From Anolis carolinensis (Eukaryota), in NCBI RefSeq assembly GCF_035594765.1, contig NC_085844.1, positions 209,204,107 to 209,268,106 on the forward strand: DNA of 64,000 bases. Direction: 5' to 3'. The notes beneath the pieces were generated by a model. It was not told the DNA's origin and made no database searches. It was given only the letters and a program-made list of their open reading frames with translations. Both the position numbers and the translations under genes were made by a program. This document shows positions 1 through 11,274 of the stretch, one piece after another; positions within the stretch are counted from its first letter, which is position 1; the number at the start of each line of letters is the position of its first letter.

Positions 1-239
1 ATTTAAATTGATATGGTCACAAACAAAGAAGCAGGAAGTGTAATTTTCAGGAACAGTCAGGTCGCTTAAGAGCCAATTAATTGAAAGACTCACCACCCAC
101 CCTCTCCAATGTTCCTGGAAGTTCAATTATTACACACTTGAAAGAATTTTGCAATGATTAAGTACATTTTACTACAATAGAAACATGTTTCCTCAAAGAA
201 ATGAAATCAAATCCAAACAAATTGTTGTCCATTACTTAC

Positions 240-326
240 CAAAAATTCATTTCTGAATTCCGCTTTGTGGAGCATTCTACTTTTGGCCCTTTCCAAGTTT
301 TGTGTGAGAATTTCTTTTTGATCCAT
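240..326 (-). CDS. PTPN22: PTPN22 (Lyp tyrosine phosphatase) first coding exon; gene continues beyond the left edge
   Basis: Minus strand reads ATG..TTG|gtaagt, 87 nt = MDQKEILTQNLERAKSRMLHKAEFRNEFL, close to the recalled human N-terminus [29 protein letters not shown]. Canonical donor; syntenic position next to BCL2L15. Confidence 0.9.
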
Positions 327-2879
327 GCTGTAAAACTAGGTGAAGCTGAACTGATGAAGATGGACATGACAAATGCATGCGGCAGCAATGGAAATAAGTA
401 CCAGTGTAGAGGGTTCCTGTTGAAATCTGTGGTTTACTCAGTTCATCACAAGACCTAAAGGAAATCAGTATGTATGTAGCAGCACCCACGGAGGGGAACT
501 TCAAAAAGTCATTTCACGCAGGGCCCTAGTGCCTCCTTTTTACAAGAATGAAGAAAGTTTATTGATCCTGGTGAACTCACTACTTGGTCTTCTCCAAGAC
601 AAAATCTCACCAGGAAACTTTCTAAAGCAATTTCCACTTGACCAAAGAAGAGGACTCAGCAACCAGTTTTCGTGAGTATATGACACTTCATGGGATAACC
701 GTATGCTACCAGTGATATCCTCTTCCCCAGTTTGACATTTTTGTGTAGATCACCCGCATTCATCCAGTTCCCACAAGAGAGGTGGCTTAGCTTCTAAAAT
801 GCATTAGTCACGTCTCAGCCTTAAACTTTGCCAGAAATCTCTGAAATATTCAGACATTACCACCCCTTCACACGGCCTGGGATGAACTTTGGAGAGCCAC
901 ATCATGATTAGATATTTATGTTAGAATGCTAAAGTTACGCAGAGGTCAATGAATAAGAGACCAGACAGTTCCTGGAATGCTGTTTACTTGACTGACTCTA
1001 CTGTGAGTATCCATACAATTTCTGGAAATCTTTATTCAATTAGTGCAGTTGGAAAATTAGCAACAAAAAAAAACACCCTCTCAATTCTCATTCTCTTCCT
1101 GCTTGGTTCATCCTGCAAGAGATGTAGAATTTCCCTGCCAAAGTGGAGCACTGCCCCCAGCTGTTTCTTGGCTAGCAGATGTCACTGATTAACAAATTTG
1201 TAAAATAGAGCTGATTGTCAAAATAGAATCCAAATAAGGCAAAACTTATTCCTCCAGGTTGGTTTTCATCAGAGCTTGGTGTCTGACACAAGGCAATTCT
1301 TATCAATATGACATCACTTTGTTTTATTAGCAGTGGTCCAAGCATACCACTCATTCCTACACATTCTCATCAGCAGTAAAAAGCTGCTACAACTAACTCA
1401 GATTCTAACCGAACAGTTTTTAGTTCAGCCTCTGAAGAACCAGAATGTAAACTGGCTTTTTCCTTCCAGTTAACACAATTAACAATATGTCTGAATCGGA
1501 CTCTGGACAGAATATCACTAAAGTTATTTTTGTATACTATTTATTTATGCTCCAAAGTCATACATTCTACAATTTCAAAGTTAATTCTTTAACTGTAATC
1601 CTATACAAACATAGTGTCACAATCCCTGTTGATCACAGTGAGACATGTTTATTAAAATTGTGATGTATTTGATATAGTCCTTTCCTTAGAAGTGTGTTGT
1701 ACAAAACTCTGCTTGGTAGCTACATATACTTTTAGTACAACAATTGCAATGAAAGAGCTCGTGTTTTATTGCATTGGTTAGCATGGTGGGCTAACATTAG
1801 GAAGATCCATCTTCAAATTTGCCACACATGATCTCTCAGCCTATCATATATACACATGTATAAGTTGACCTCGTGAATAAGTTGAGGGCAGATTTTGGAG
1901 GCAAAATAATGGATTTTGATATGATTCATGAAGAAGTCAAAGGTCATTTCACAGAGAAGTGAAAGCACTACTGCAGTCTCAAGGAACCAGCTTCCATTGA
2001 CCACCACTGCCATTTCCCAACCCAGGTATTCAAAAAGCCAGAAGCGAAGGTCTGTGCTTCTTTCACCATTCTATTCAGAGCTGGGAATAGTTATTTTTAT
2101 AAGAGTAATAAAGGTACAATACTCGACCCAGAAATTTGGATTGATTTTCTGACTAAAGTTTCTAGGGTTTATAAGATAACTTACATTATAGAGTTGTTGT
2201 GAAGATATTGTTTTGAGGGCAGAAGATTAGGTAGGCAATCTTCAGGTTGTTGGAGAAACAGGACAAAATCAGTATATTTAGAAGTTGGTTGTGTTTTCAG
2301 TCAAAATACATACCCATTGGAGGAAATTTGCAGTTTTTTAAATTATCAGATTCTGTTTCCTTCTTTGTGTGACTAATTTGGTTGCTTCCTTTATCTCAGA
2401 AAATACACCAGAATGCAAGATAGGCATAGGGTTTCAAACTAAGTTTACAAGTATGGACTGAAAAATTTGGCTCTGCTGTTGTAATATGCTGAGCCAAGCA
2501 TTCCCTAGAGAGAACCCAATTCCTTTAATAGAAAACCTGAGAGAGGCCAGTTCCTTTAATAATTGCATAGTAGAGGAAAGTTCAGGTGTTGCTTCTTATA
2601 AAATCACGCAATAAGCAACACATGCTAACATTTCCTCTTCTATTTAACCATTAAAAGTAGAGGGACCTTTTCCCATTTTCATTCTGGAAGTCCACTTATA
2701 GGACATGACATTGCGATAAACCAAAAAAAGAAGGGGGCTCTGTTCAGGTAGACTGAACCCAACACTGTGATATAGTTTGAAACGTTTCTTTTGAAAGCAG
2801 AACAAGGGTTATTTACGACCTGCTTTACGAAGCCAGAGCAATGTGCCCCACCCAACACTAACAAATTAAAACACCTATT

Positions 2880-3786
2880 CATGGCCAAGAGTAGTTTGAG
2901 GTGGCCCAGATCCTGGACTCTCATCTCCGAAGGGGGCGTCTTCAGTACCTGGTGGACTGGAAGGGTTACGGCCAAGAGGACCAGTCCTGGGAGCCTGAAA
3001 CAGGTCCATGCCCCTGCACTGGTGCAGGCTTTTCATCAGAAATACCTGCACAAGCCTAGACCTGCTGCTCCTTGAGGCAGAACTGAGAGGGGATAGTGTG
3101 GTGGCTCAGCCTTTGCCTCAAGTCTCTAGTGAGGATTCAGGGAATGAGTTGCCTCTGCAGACTTTTCAGAGCCATGAGCAGGAGGGAATTCCAGACCCAA
3201 ATCTGGATATAGGGGAGGATGGAAATGTAGCAGCACCTCAGCCTGCAGAGGCAGAGCAGGAGCAAGCTCAGAGTAAGGGTTTGTCTCCACTCTGCAATCA
3301 ACCAACAGCTGTGCCTGAGCAGACCCCTAGCTCACCTGAGTCACCAAAAGAGGCCACAGGGGCTAAAGTTTGCCTTAAAGGAAAGATGTAGAAGTGCTCA
3401 TTTAGCTGAAAAAGAGCAGCAGAGAGGAACAGCCAAAGTGCAGTCTGGATCCAGCCCATAGATTGCTGGCTTACTATACAGTGAAAACTATGGATCAGTT
3501 GTGGGAGCAACTTGCATTCGTACTGTACCCGCTGTTTGTATTTCACTGAGAATTTCCGGACCTTGACCTCTGCTTTAGATTATTGATGACTTGTTTGCTC
3601 CAGCCTTGACTTGTGCATTTGAACTTTGGACTACTCTCTCTGGATTATCCTTGGACTTGGCATATTGGCCCTGGTGAATATTATTTCCGGTTGGGTTCCT
3701 GTATATTGGTGTGGCTGTTATTTGACTGTTGGTCTTTGGAATACCTGATATCTGGGGTTGGCCAGCACACTGGAAGGCACACAACA
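2880..3786 (+). mobile_element. 3' remnant of a Ty3/Gypsy chromovirus LTR retrotransposon: decayed chromodomain (2880-3075), PPT (3085-3096), LTR (3097-3786)
   Basis: Frame from 2895 reads [35 protein letters not shown], then after a frameshift [14 protein letters not shown] (integrase-type chromodomain). Purine tract GAGAGGGGATAG directly precedes TGTGGTG...CACAACA (TG...CA, 6/7 inverted match). Confidence 0.8.
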
Positions 3787-4663
3787 ACAAGCAATGGTAA
3801 ACACTTAGGGATGCCCTTCCAGTTGGATTTTTTTATTGTTTTATATATGTGGAGTGGATGTGGGGGTATGGAGCATCATATTACCATGGCATTATGTCCC
3901 ACTGAATTAGAAAGCAAATCGTATAATTTCTCCGATCCCATCACACGTTGTTTTTTCTTGCCTTTTCTCTCGAAATCATCCATTTTCAGCTTTATCACAT
4001 GAGTGAGTGCTGTTTCTGCCCACTCCATTAAAAAAATCTTGGGAAAATGTTTTGGAGATACTTGGTTTTCCCCTCAGATCCCACTACTCTGTAGTAGACC
4101 CGAGGCACTGATCATAACTCAACATCACTTTGGGGATACTGGGCTTTCCTCCTAATCTCGGTACTCTCTATTGCAGAAGTCCAAAACTTTAGAAGTTAAC
4201 AGTACAGACAGGAAAAACAAACATATTTTGAAATTTCAGTATTTTGAATGATTGAATTAAAAAAAATTACCATGCCAGGCTCATGTAGCAGGATTTTGGG
4301 AGAGAAATGTCAATGCGTGGTAGAGGACAGGAATGCCCTTTACACCAAGTCACTGAAGTGATTCAACAAGAGCCAATTTGGCAGATCCCATCCCTTGTGT
4401 ATTCCCCCCTTTTCCCAGTTTCATAGTGATTCCTGAGCTCAGAAGACAATCTCTAGCCATCTTCTCCCACGCCCCATCCCGATTTCCTGACACTTAAGTG
4501 ACACTTTTCTAAAGACGCATGACTGACACAGTCAGGTAGTCTCCCTGCATCATGGGATGGGCTTCATGATACTTTGTTTTGTGTGGGATAATGTCCTTAC
4601 TCCAGCACTATTTTTATTAATGCATCAAAGTAAAACAAGTATTTTTGCATCAGAGATGAAAAA

Positions 4664-4702
4664 TCAGTGGTTATTTTGTCCTTCTTTCTTTGCAAGGTTC
4701 TC
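4664..4702 (-). CDS. BCL2L15: BCL2L15 (Bfk) exon 4, last coding exon (ENLAKKEGQNNH*)
   Basis: Polypyrimidine tract tcttttctttatttttag|GAG AAC CTT completes BH2 GGW|ENL; TGA at 4664-4666. Confidence 0.85.
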   Translation of the reverse strand, partial: ENLAKKEGQNNH

Positions 4703-5323
4703 CTAAAAATAAAGAAAAGAAGTCATTGGATAAAACAAATTAACAAGAGGGAACAAACAGAAAAAAGTAATTTTTCTCAAAACTATGTACTAAACATCCA
4801 AACTGATATGAAGTATGTTGGGATTATGGAAGCAGCATGAATCAGAGAACCAAGGGCCATTGGAAAATTTCATTTACTGTCTCCCAGGAAGAACATCATG
4901 ACAACACAAAGATCATTCCTGATCAAAGGAAAATCAGTTACAGGGAAGTTGCTTTTCTAGAAAAAAAAAGATTCAGTTCAATTACCAATTGCCCTGGGAC
5001 TATGCTCGAATTGCATCCAGCACAGAGCTGTCTTGAGGACATTTCAATCATAATCAGAGATATTTCCAAATAGAACAAATTACAGGGTATAGACATAAGT
5101 TGGCATGCTATGGCCATCTAGATATTGTTGGATTGCATTTTCCATCATGTCTCAACTTTGGCTCTGCTAATTCAGGGTGTCAAGACTTGTATTTCAAGAT
5201 AATGACCTCCATTCATTGATTAATCCCATTCTACATAATCGGGAGTGTAGTGTGTTTCTATGCTGGCCTTTGAACATGCTCTGCCCAAGTGCTAAGCCAC
5301 ACAGTGTACTTTAGTTAACTCAC

Positions 5324-5518
5324 CCAGCCACCTTTGTTTTCAATGTAGTCTCTCACTGCATGGTTATCATTGATCGCTTGTGCGAGTAAGTGTGGCTCGA
5401 CTTCAGTACTCTGTGCAAGGCACAGGAACAACTTAACAGACACAGCTAGAAAAGCTTTCCCATATTCCAACGCAGCTTTCCGACTGAGTGAGTCTGCAAT
5501 TTCCTTGAATTTCTCCAG
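5324..5518 (-). CDS. BCL2L15: BCL2L15 exon 3
   Basis: tacag|LEKFKEIADSLSRKAALEYGKAFLAVSVKL...IENKGGW|gtgagt; 195 nt. AFLAVSVKL matches human Bfk as recalled. Confidence 0.92.
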
Positions 5519-5819
5519 CTGTATATGCAAAGTAGAAGATAAAAAATGAAGTTTATTACAAAAAAAGGTCTAGTGTCACACACACACAATCTTAACTAAA
5601 AATTACTTATCAGTGGGATCCTAAACTCTTTTGGTTATGTTGGGAACCAACATTATTCTCTCTGGCCATGGCCCCTAACAACTAATGTTCTCAGTAGACC
5701 AGGTTCATCCTAGGCAAACTCCCTCAAGATCTATAAACTCAATACAACTGATAATCATTTAATAAAGTGAATAATACCCAAGAAAAGCTTAAGCTACAAT
5801 ACATGTCTTAGATTGCAAC

Positions 5820-6041
5820 AAGGGGTCTCTTCCAACCCTCTTTATTATTTTTATTATGATTATTAACATTGAGGCTGTATTTGTTCCCATTTGTTTCTTT
5901 TTGCCTCAAAATAAGAGATGTGCAGTGTGCATAGGAATTTGTTTATAGCTTTTTTTTTCCAACGATATTCCGGCCCTCCAACGGTCTGAGGGACTGACCC
6001 CTGTGAACTGGCCTCCTGTTCAAAAAGTTTGGGGACCCCTG
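5820..6041. mobile_element. Non-autonomous hAT (Charlie/OposCharlie-like) element
   Basis: Right end aagtttggggacccctg (reverse complement CAGGGGTCCCCAAACTT, a hAT-Charlie-type TIR); degenerate left end aggggtctct. Confidence 0.5.
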
Positions 6042-6425
6042 TCTTAAAACATACAATTGGTAAAACATCTACACTAAAAACAGAGAATTAAAACATATAC
6101 AAGCAATTACATCAGTTATTAGAATCACATAATCCAAAGTTGTAGTCCAAGGCCATTCCAAATTGTCATAGCACAGATTTTACATTCTGCAGTTATTTTC
6201 CAAAAGCTTGGTCATGTTTTAACTTTCTTTCTGAAGCCTAAAAGGGAAGGAACTGAATGAATATCACTGGGGAGGGAGTTCCATAGCCAAGGGACCACCA
6301 CGGAGAAGGCTTTGTCTCATCCCCACTGACTGCGCCTGCGAAGGAGGCAGGACCAAGAGCATGGTTTCCCCAGAAGATCTTCATCTCCATGATGGCTCAT
6401 ACAGGGAGATACGTTCGGACAGGTA
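6042..6425 (-). mobile_element. L2 LINE 3' fragment
   Basis: Visibly similar to the L2 at 14171-14840 (ggagttcc..gccaagggaccaccacggagaaggc). Confidence 0.65.
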
Positions 6426-6633
6426 AGCTTCAGTTGAGACTCCTTTTCCTCATGATAACTCTTCCAGGAATTAATTTCCCTTCTGAGGGGTTGATTTCTC
6501 TCACTTCCTGTTGTCTTGCCTTCATTCTTCATTATGAGTTGTTTGTAAGTCAAATGTTTGCAACTCTGGGGATTGCCTGTATTCTAACATCAGCTCTCAG
6601 TATTCCTTGCATCATAATTACCACCACCACTGC

Positions 6634-6634
<1 letters not shown>

Positions 6635-6682
<48 letters not shown>
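6635..6682. repeat. (ATT)16 microsatellite
   Basis: Direct reading. Confidence 0.95.
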
Positions 6683-7669
6683 TATCTGCCTCTTCCCAAG
6701 GTGGGCACAACATAGATGAAAATACAACATACTAACTAAAATAAAATCATTTAGAAAACATAGATTTTTAAAATCGTGTCAGAGGCAAATTGAGAATCTA
6801 CTGCATGTCGCTTCTGGTGACATAGATTAAAAACATATAAACACAAGATTAAACCATTACAAATAAAAGTTATCCATAAATATAAAAATGTCAATTTAGA
6901 ATGTAAGTAAACTCTTAAGAAATTCACGGGGTAACAGGCAACTTTAAGGCTTATACACATATTCTAATACTAATAAGTTTGTTCTTACTAGCTGATGTAA
7001 AAGGGCATAGCTTTACTAAATGATTGTGAAAGAGTCACATGGTTCAGGACTACATTGAAGTGGCTTGAACTCTTTCCTGGGGGGAAACAAAATACGTTGG
7101 TTTTTTTTGCCACCTTTCTTATCTGGGGAGGGAGGACAGCAGAGAGATCAGTGCCTAGCTGTTGATGCTACAAGGACACCGTCTTTCCCTTTCTTTCCCC
7201 CCTCCTCCCAGTCTCCTGCTCTTCTACACTTCCTTTATTGTGAGCGACGGGTTCTCTTCTTGCAACGCTGTGCTTTCCAGTAGTTCTCTACATGGATTGA
7301 GCATACATATCTGGCACAGCAAGTTGTGTTATGTGAAAATTACATTTCCAGGTGCTTCTAGGAGAGAGGCAACACCTTCAATGCTTTCTCCATCTGCAGG
7401 GTTGGGAAGGGAGAGTTATACTATCATTGCCTATTTTCCTTGCTATTCAACTTTGCCTCAACACCTGACAACTCTGAAATATGTGCCAGGTTTCTACATC
7501 TCCTTCCTTGCAGTTTGTTGGACTAATTATTATCCAAGAACAAAGAATACCTGGTTTTGTTTCACTTTCGTTGCACATAGATCAGTTTGAACAGTTTTCC
7601 TCAACACAAAGAAGTTTACTGTAAGAGATATGGAATTTTTTGACTGGAAAACACAGAAGAGTTTATTAC

Positions 7670-7794
7670 CATGTTGCTCTGTCCAACAATTGCTTGGGCT
7701 TGGCTCTCTACCTCCACATTAAACTTATCTCCAAGTTCTCGTAGGGTGCTGGCAATAGCTTTTGGATCAAAAGAGCTTGCAGAGCTATCTGTGA
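7670..7794 (-). CDS. BCL2L15: BCL2L15 exon 2 with BH3 motif
   Basis: ttttaag|TC ACA GAT...SFDPKAIASTLRELGDKFNVEVESQAQAIVGQSNM|gtaata. BH3 LxxxGD present; phases fit exons 1 and 3. Alternative in-frame acceptor at 7788. Confidence 0.9.
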
Positions 7795-8576
7795 CTTAAA
7801 AGAAAACGGATACAGTTTCTGTTATTACCTGATTCGTTCAATTCAAATGCGAGTTCCAAAGACCTGCATCCAATTCTTAGACACAACAGCTAGAGTAGAC
7901 TCATTGCATGAATGAGCACTTGGCCAGTCAACATTTATGTATTTACAGTATTTATTTATTTACAGTATTTATATTCCGCCCTTCTCACCCCAAAGGGGAC
8001 TCAGGGTGGATCACATTATGTACATATAGGGCAAACATTCAATGCCCATAAACACATGTAAATTCCATTCAGTAAAACTGGTAAATTCAACTTCAGACTA
8101 ACACATGTATGTTGTTGTTTATACCTATATGATGCCCCTGTCTTCAGGAATATACCACTAAAAAGCCAGGACTATGAAAGTACACACAGCAGGGGTGGTA
8201 TAGTTGACAGGGTTTAACAGATCTGTATTTGTATCTATTTATTTATAGCAACATCTATATAAATGGTATAAGAAAAAGATGTGTGTTTGTTTGAGGCAAG
8301 TCACTGCAAAACTACATCCTGCTTCCTAAATTATTGGGCGGAATATTGTTCATTGTCAAGGTAGCTGGGAAACTGGAAATTGTTCAAAATATTAACACCC
8401 CCTCCTCCTATAAGAAAAGTAGAAAACGTATGGGCCACCCATTTCGGAATCTGAGCTATCAATAATATATTAAAATGATGCCTCTTTTGTATGTAACATG
8501 ATATTTGTATCACAGTAACAGCAAATATTTGGGGGGGGGGGAATAATTTATTTTTGTAAAATCAAAACTAAAATAG

Positions 8577-8750
8577 TGGGTTGCTGTGCGTTTTCCGGGA
8601 TGTATGGCAATGTTCCAGAAGCATTCACTCCTGATGTTTTGCCCACATCTGTGGCAGGCATCTTCAGAGGTGTCAGGTCTGTTGGAAGCTAAGCAAGTGG
8701 AGTTTATATATCTGTGGAAAGTCCAGGTTGGGAGAAAGAACTTGTCTGTT
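8577..8750. mobile_element. Penelope-like element terminal fragment
   Basis: Same gggttgctgtg..tgttccagaagcatt..ggcaggcatc..agaggt terminus as the elements at 26319 and 55817. Confidence 0.7.
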
Positions 8751-9562
8751 TAAATAATTCCCCCCCCCAAAAAAAATATTTGTTGTTGTTGTGATACAAG
8801 TATCAAAGAGAAAGTGAAACAAAATATTCAAGATGGCATTTTGAGGGGGATTTTTAAAATCACATTTTAGTATTTTACAATGGCATCTTTGAGACCTCAG
8901 AATGGAAATCCAATTTTTACATGACATTGAAGACTATCCCCCAGAGTTTGATAGCTACTTAGTGATAGATTTTCCAAACTTTGACTGAGCAAATACAGGA
9001 AAGTCTCTCTGGATGAGAAGGGTGGGGTAAAAGTGATGTAAACAAATAAATAAGTTGTCCACTATTTGAATTAACTAGTTTTCATATGCAGTTTTCATAA
9101 TGAGCTTATATCAATATCCAGTGAAGCAACTTCCAAGTTCTGGTCCTCCTGGGTTAGAAAATGACTTCTGTCTCATGCATTCGAACAAACAAAACCCAGA
9201 TTATAGTTTTTTGATTGGATAATACTGTGCTTTTTCCCACTAACCTCAAAGGAGCCACCTAAGTCAAGTGTTCATGATTATAATAATTCAGGTCTTGTTT
9301 TGAAAACTATTATTGCGATATCTGAACTTTTAATGTAATGAACATGAAATAGTATAATTGATAAAAATGCATCTCGTGTAGCCTTGAGTCTATGAACATT
9401 TATGCTGCCAGCTTCTCTCTCTCAAAAGGTGCTACAGGATCCCTTTCCATATTGAACCAGGCTAACACGGCTATGTCTTAGAATTTCTTCTACATCCACC
9501 CATTTCAAAACTACTGTCTCTGCAGTTCTTAATTCTATACTTACCCAAACAAATTCTCTTAC

Positions 9563-9674
9563 CTGTATCACTTCTGGAAGCTGAGGCATGCAGGCTACGA
9601 AAAGTTGCTCCAGAATTGTCGCAAAGCAATTCTTCTACAATCAGCTTTGTTTGTTCTTCAAAAGTTAACTTCAT
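9563..9674 (-). CDS. BCL2L15: BCL2L15 exon 1 (start); full CDS join(9563-9674,7670-7794,5324-5518,4664-4702) = 156 aa
   Basis: MKLTFEEQTKLIVEELL matches the Bfk TFEEQT motif; donor CAG|gtaaga. Confidence 0.92.
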
Positions 9675-9841
9675 GTTAGCTTATCTGTTGTCTAAATATA
9701 AGTTGCTAGCCTACTTTTCCAGATTATTCTACCTCTGGACAAGAAGGCTTATTCAGGATGTCTCCAGAGTTTTTTCTTTCCAGGACAGAATATATGGATG
9801 GAACTGCAGCTGTATATTCTCCAGGTCATATCAACTTACAA

Positions 9842-9935
9842 GAGGAAGTTTCCCCGTATTTGTACTGCAGCCACACCCACAATAACCCAGAATATCAATA
9901 TTGAGTAATATTGCTAGGATATTTTTGGCACGTCA
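9842..9935 (-). promoter_or_regulatory. Putative BCL2L15 proximal promoter motifs (ETS overlapping kB, KLF CACCC box, CRE-like)
   Basis: GAGGAAGTTTCCCC at 9842-9855, GCCACACCC at 9870-9878 and GCACGTCAT near 9927, 170-260 bp upstream of the ATG. Motif matches only. Confidence 0.4.
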
Positions 9936-10187
9936 TTAGTAGATCTCTTTCTCCCCGCATGAGCCTCGGGTACTTTGTACTGGTGTACAAATAGATACTT
10001 TGCTCTTTGGTGTATTTCTTCAAGTATGTGACTTGCCCAAGTTCACATTGTGGGTTTCCATGACCAAGTACGGATTCACACACTGGTTTCCAGAACCCTG
10101 GTTTCCAGAGAAATAATCCAAATCACTACACTTCATTGACTATAACTTACAAAGTTGTTTTCTAATTTAAGAAGCATTTTCTATGTA

Positions 10188-10492
10188 CAATAGAGTCTCA
10201 CTTATCCAACGTTCTGGATTATCCAACGCATTTTTGTAGTCAATGTTTTCAATATATCATATTTTGGTGCTAAATTCGTAAATACAGTAATTACTACATA
10301 GCATTAATGTGTAATGAACTACTTTTTCTATCAAATTTGTTGTATAACATGATGTTTTGGTGCTTAATTTGTAAAATCATAACCTATTTTGATGTTTAAT
10401 AGGCTTTTTCTTAATGCCTCCTTATTATCCAACATATTCACTTATCCAACATTCTGCCGGCCCGTTTATGTTGGATAAGTGAGACTCTACTG
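10188..10492. mobile_element. Tc1/mariner-type MITE (TIR CAGTAGAGTCTCACTTATCCAA, TA TSD)
   Basis: TIRs at both ends flanked by TA; other copies at 17807-18129 and inside the Helitrons. Confidence 0.85.
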
Positions 10493-10958
10493 TATTTCTG
10501 AACTGAGGTTGCAAGTAATTAAGTGCTGATAGGGAACAACATAAGGCCTCATAATTGGCATTGTATACTGGTAAAGAATAATGTTGGTATAGAATCAAAT
10601 GAAAGTATGTAAACTAGTTTGACATGGCTCAATTTGTGTGCATGTGATAGTAAGTACAGTTGAAAGCTTCTTCCAAAAATGCACTGAACCTGTTTTCCTA
10701 GAACAGAATAGTCCTCCAATGGATAAGAACATTTGCTTTGTTTGATACAAATAACCAAAACCAGTAATAAAGCGTCAGACAAAAAAACCCTGTACAAAGA
10801 CAAACACAGTTCAAGCAGATCCCACCAAAATGCTGAATTCACTTCGTTTTTAGCCTGAAATTCCATGTGTGAAAAGCATCTTAGGAAAATGCAAACAATG
10901 TGATAAATTGGGTTGTTGTATGTCTTTCAGGCTGTGATAAATTCTTTCCATGTGTATA

Positions 10959-11274
10959 CAGTGTTCCCTCACTACTTCGCAGTTCACTTTTCGCAGATTC
11001 AGTGTTTCGCAGTTTTTCAATAAACTCTAAAAGTCTACTATAAATAATAAAAAATTACAATTTACAGCCTAAGGGAGAGAAAAGGATCCCAAGTGGCAAC
11101 AGGAGGAGAAGGGGGCGATTTATCAACACACGATTGGTTGATAAAGACTTAAAATAGTTATAACTGCTAAAATAATGTATAAATATTAAAATAAATAGTG
11201 TCCCTACTTCACGGATTTTCACTTATTGCGGGTGGTCCTGGAATGTAACCCCCACGATAAGTAAGGGAGCACTA
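10959..11274. mobile_element. Tigger/pogo-like Tc1-mariner MITE
   Basis: TA|CAGTGTTCCCTC left end; close second copy at 48570-48910. Confidence 0.8.

Noticed and set aside
3008-3391. 127-aa acidic Q/E/P-rich ORF
   Set aside because: Lies mostly within the LTR remnant; no splice or domain support as a host gene.
4040-4170. Degenerate two-copy ~79-bp tandem duplication downstream of the BCL2L15 stop
   Set aside because: Only two diverged units with no evident structure or function.
5315-5323. In-frame stop (GGWVS*) after BCL2L15 exon 3 as the true C-terminus
   Set aside because: A strong GTGAGT donor and a downstream ENL exon completing BH2 favour splicing; intron retention cannot be excluded.
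6389-6715. Hydrophobic poly-Ile 'membrane protein' ORF
   Set aside because: Translation of the (ATT)n microsatellite and adjacent TE fragments.
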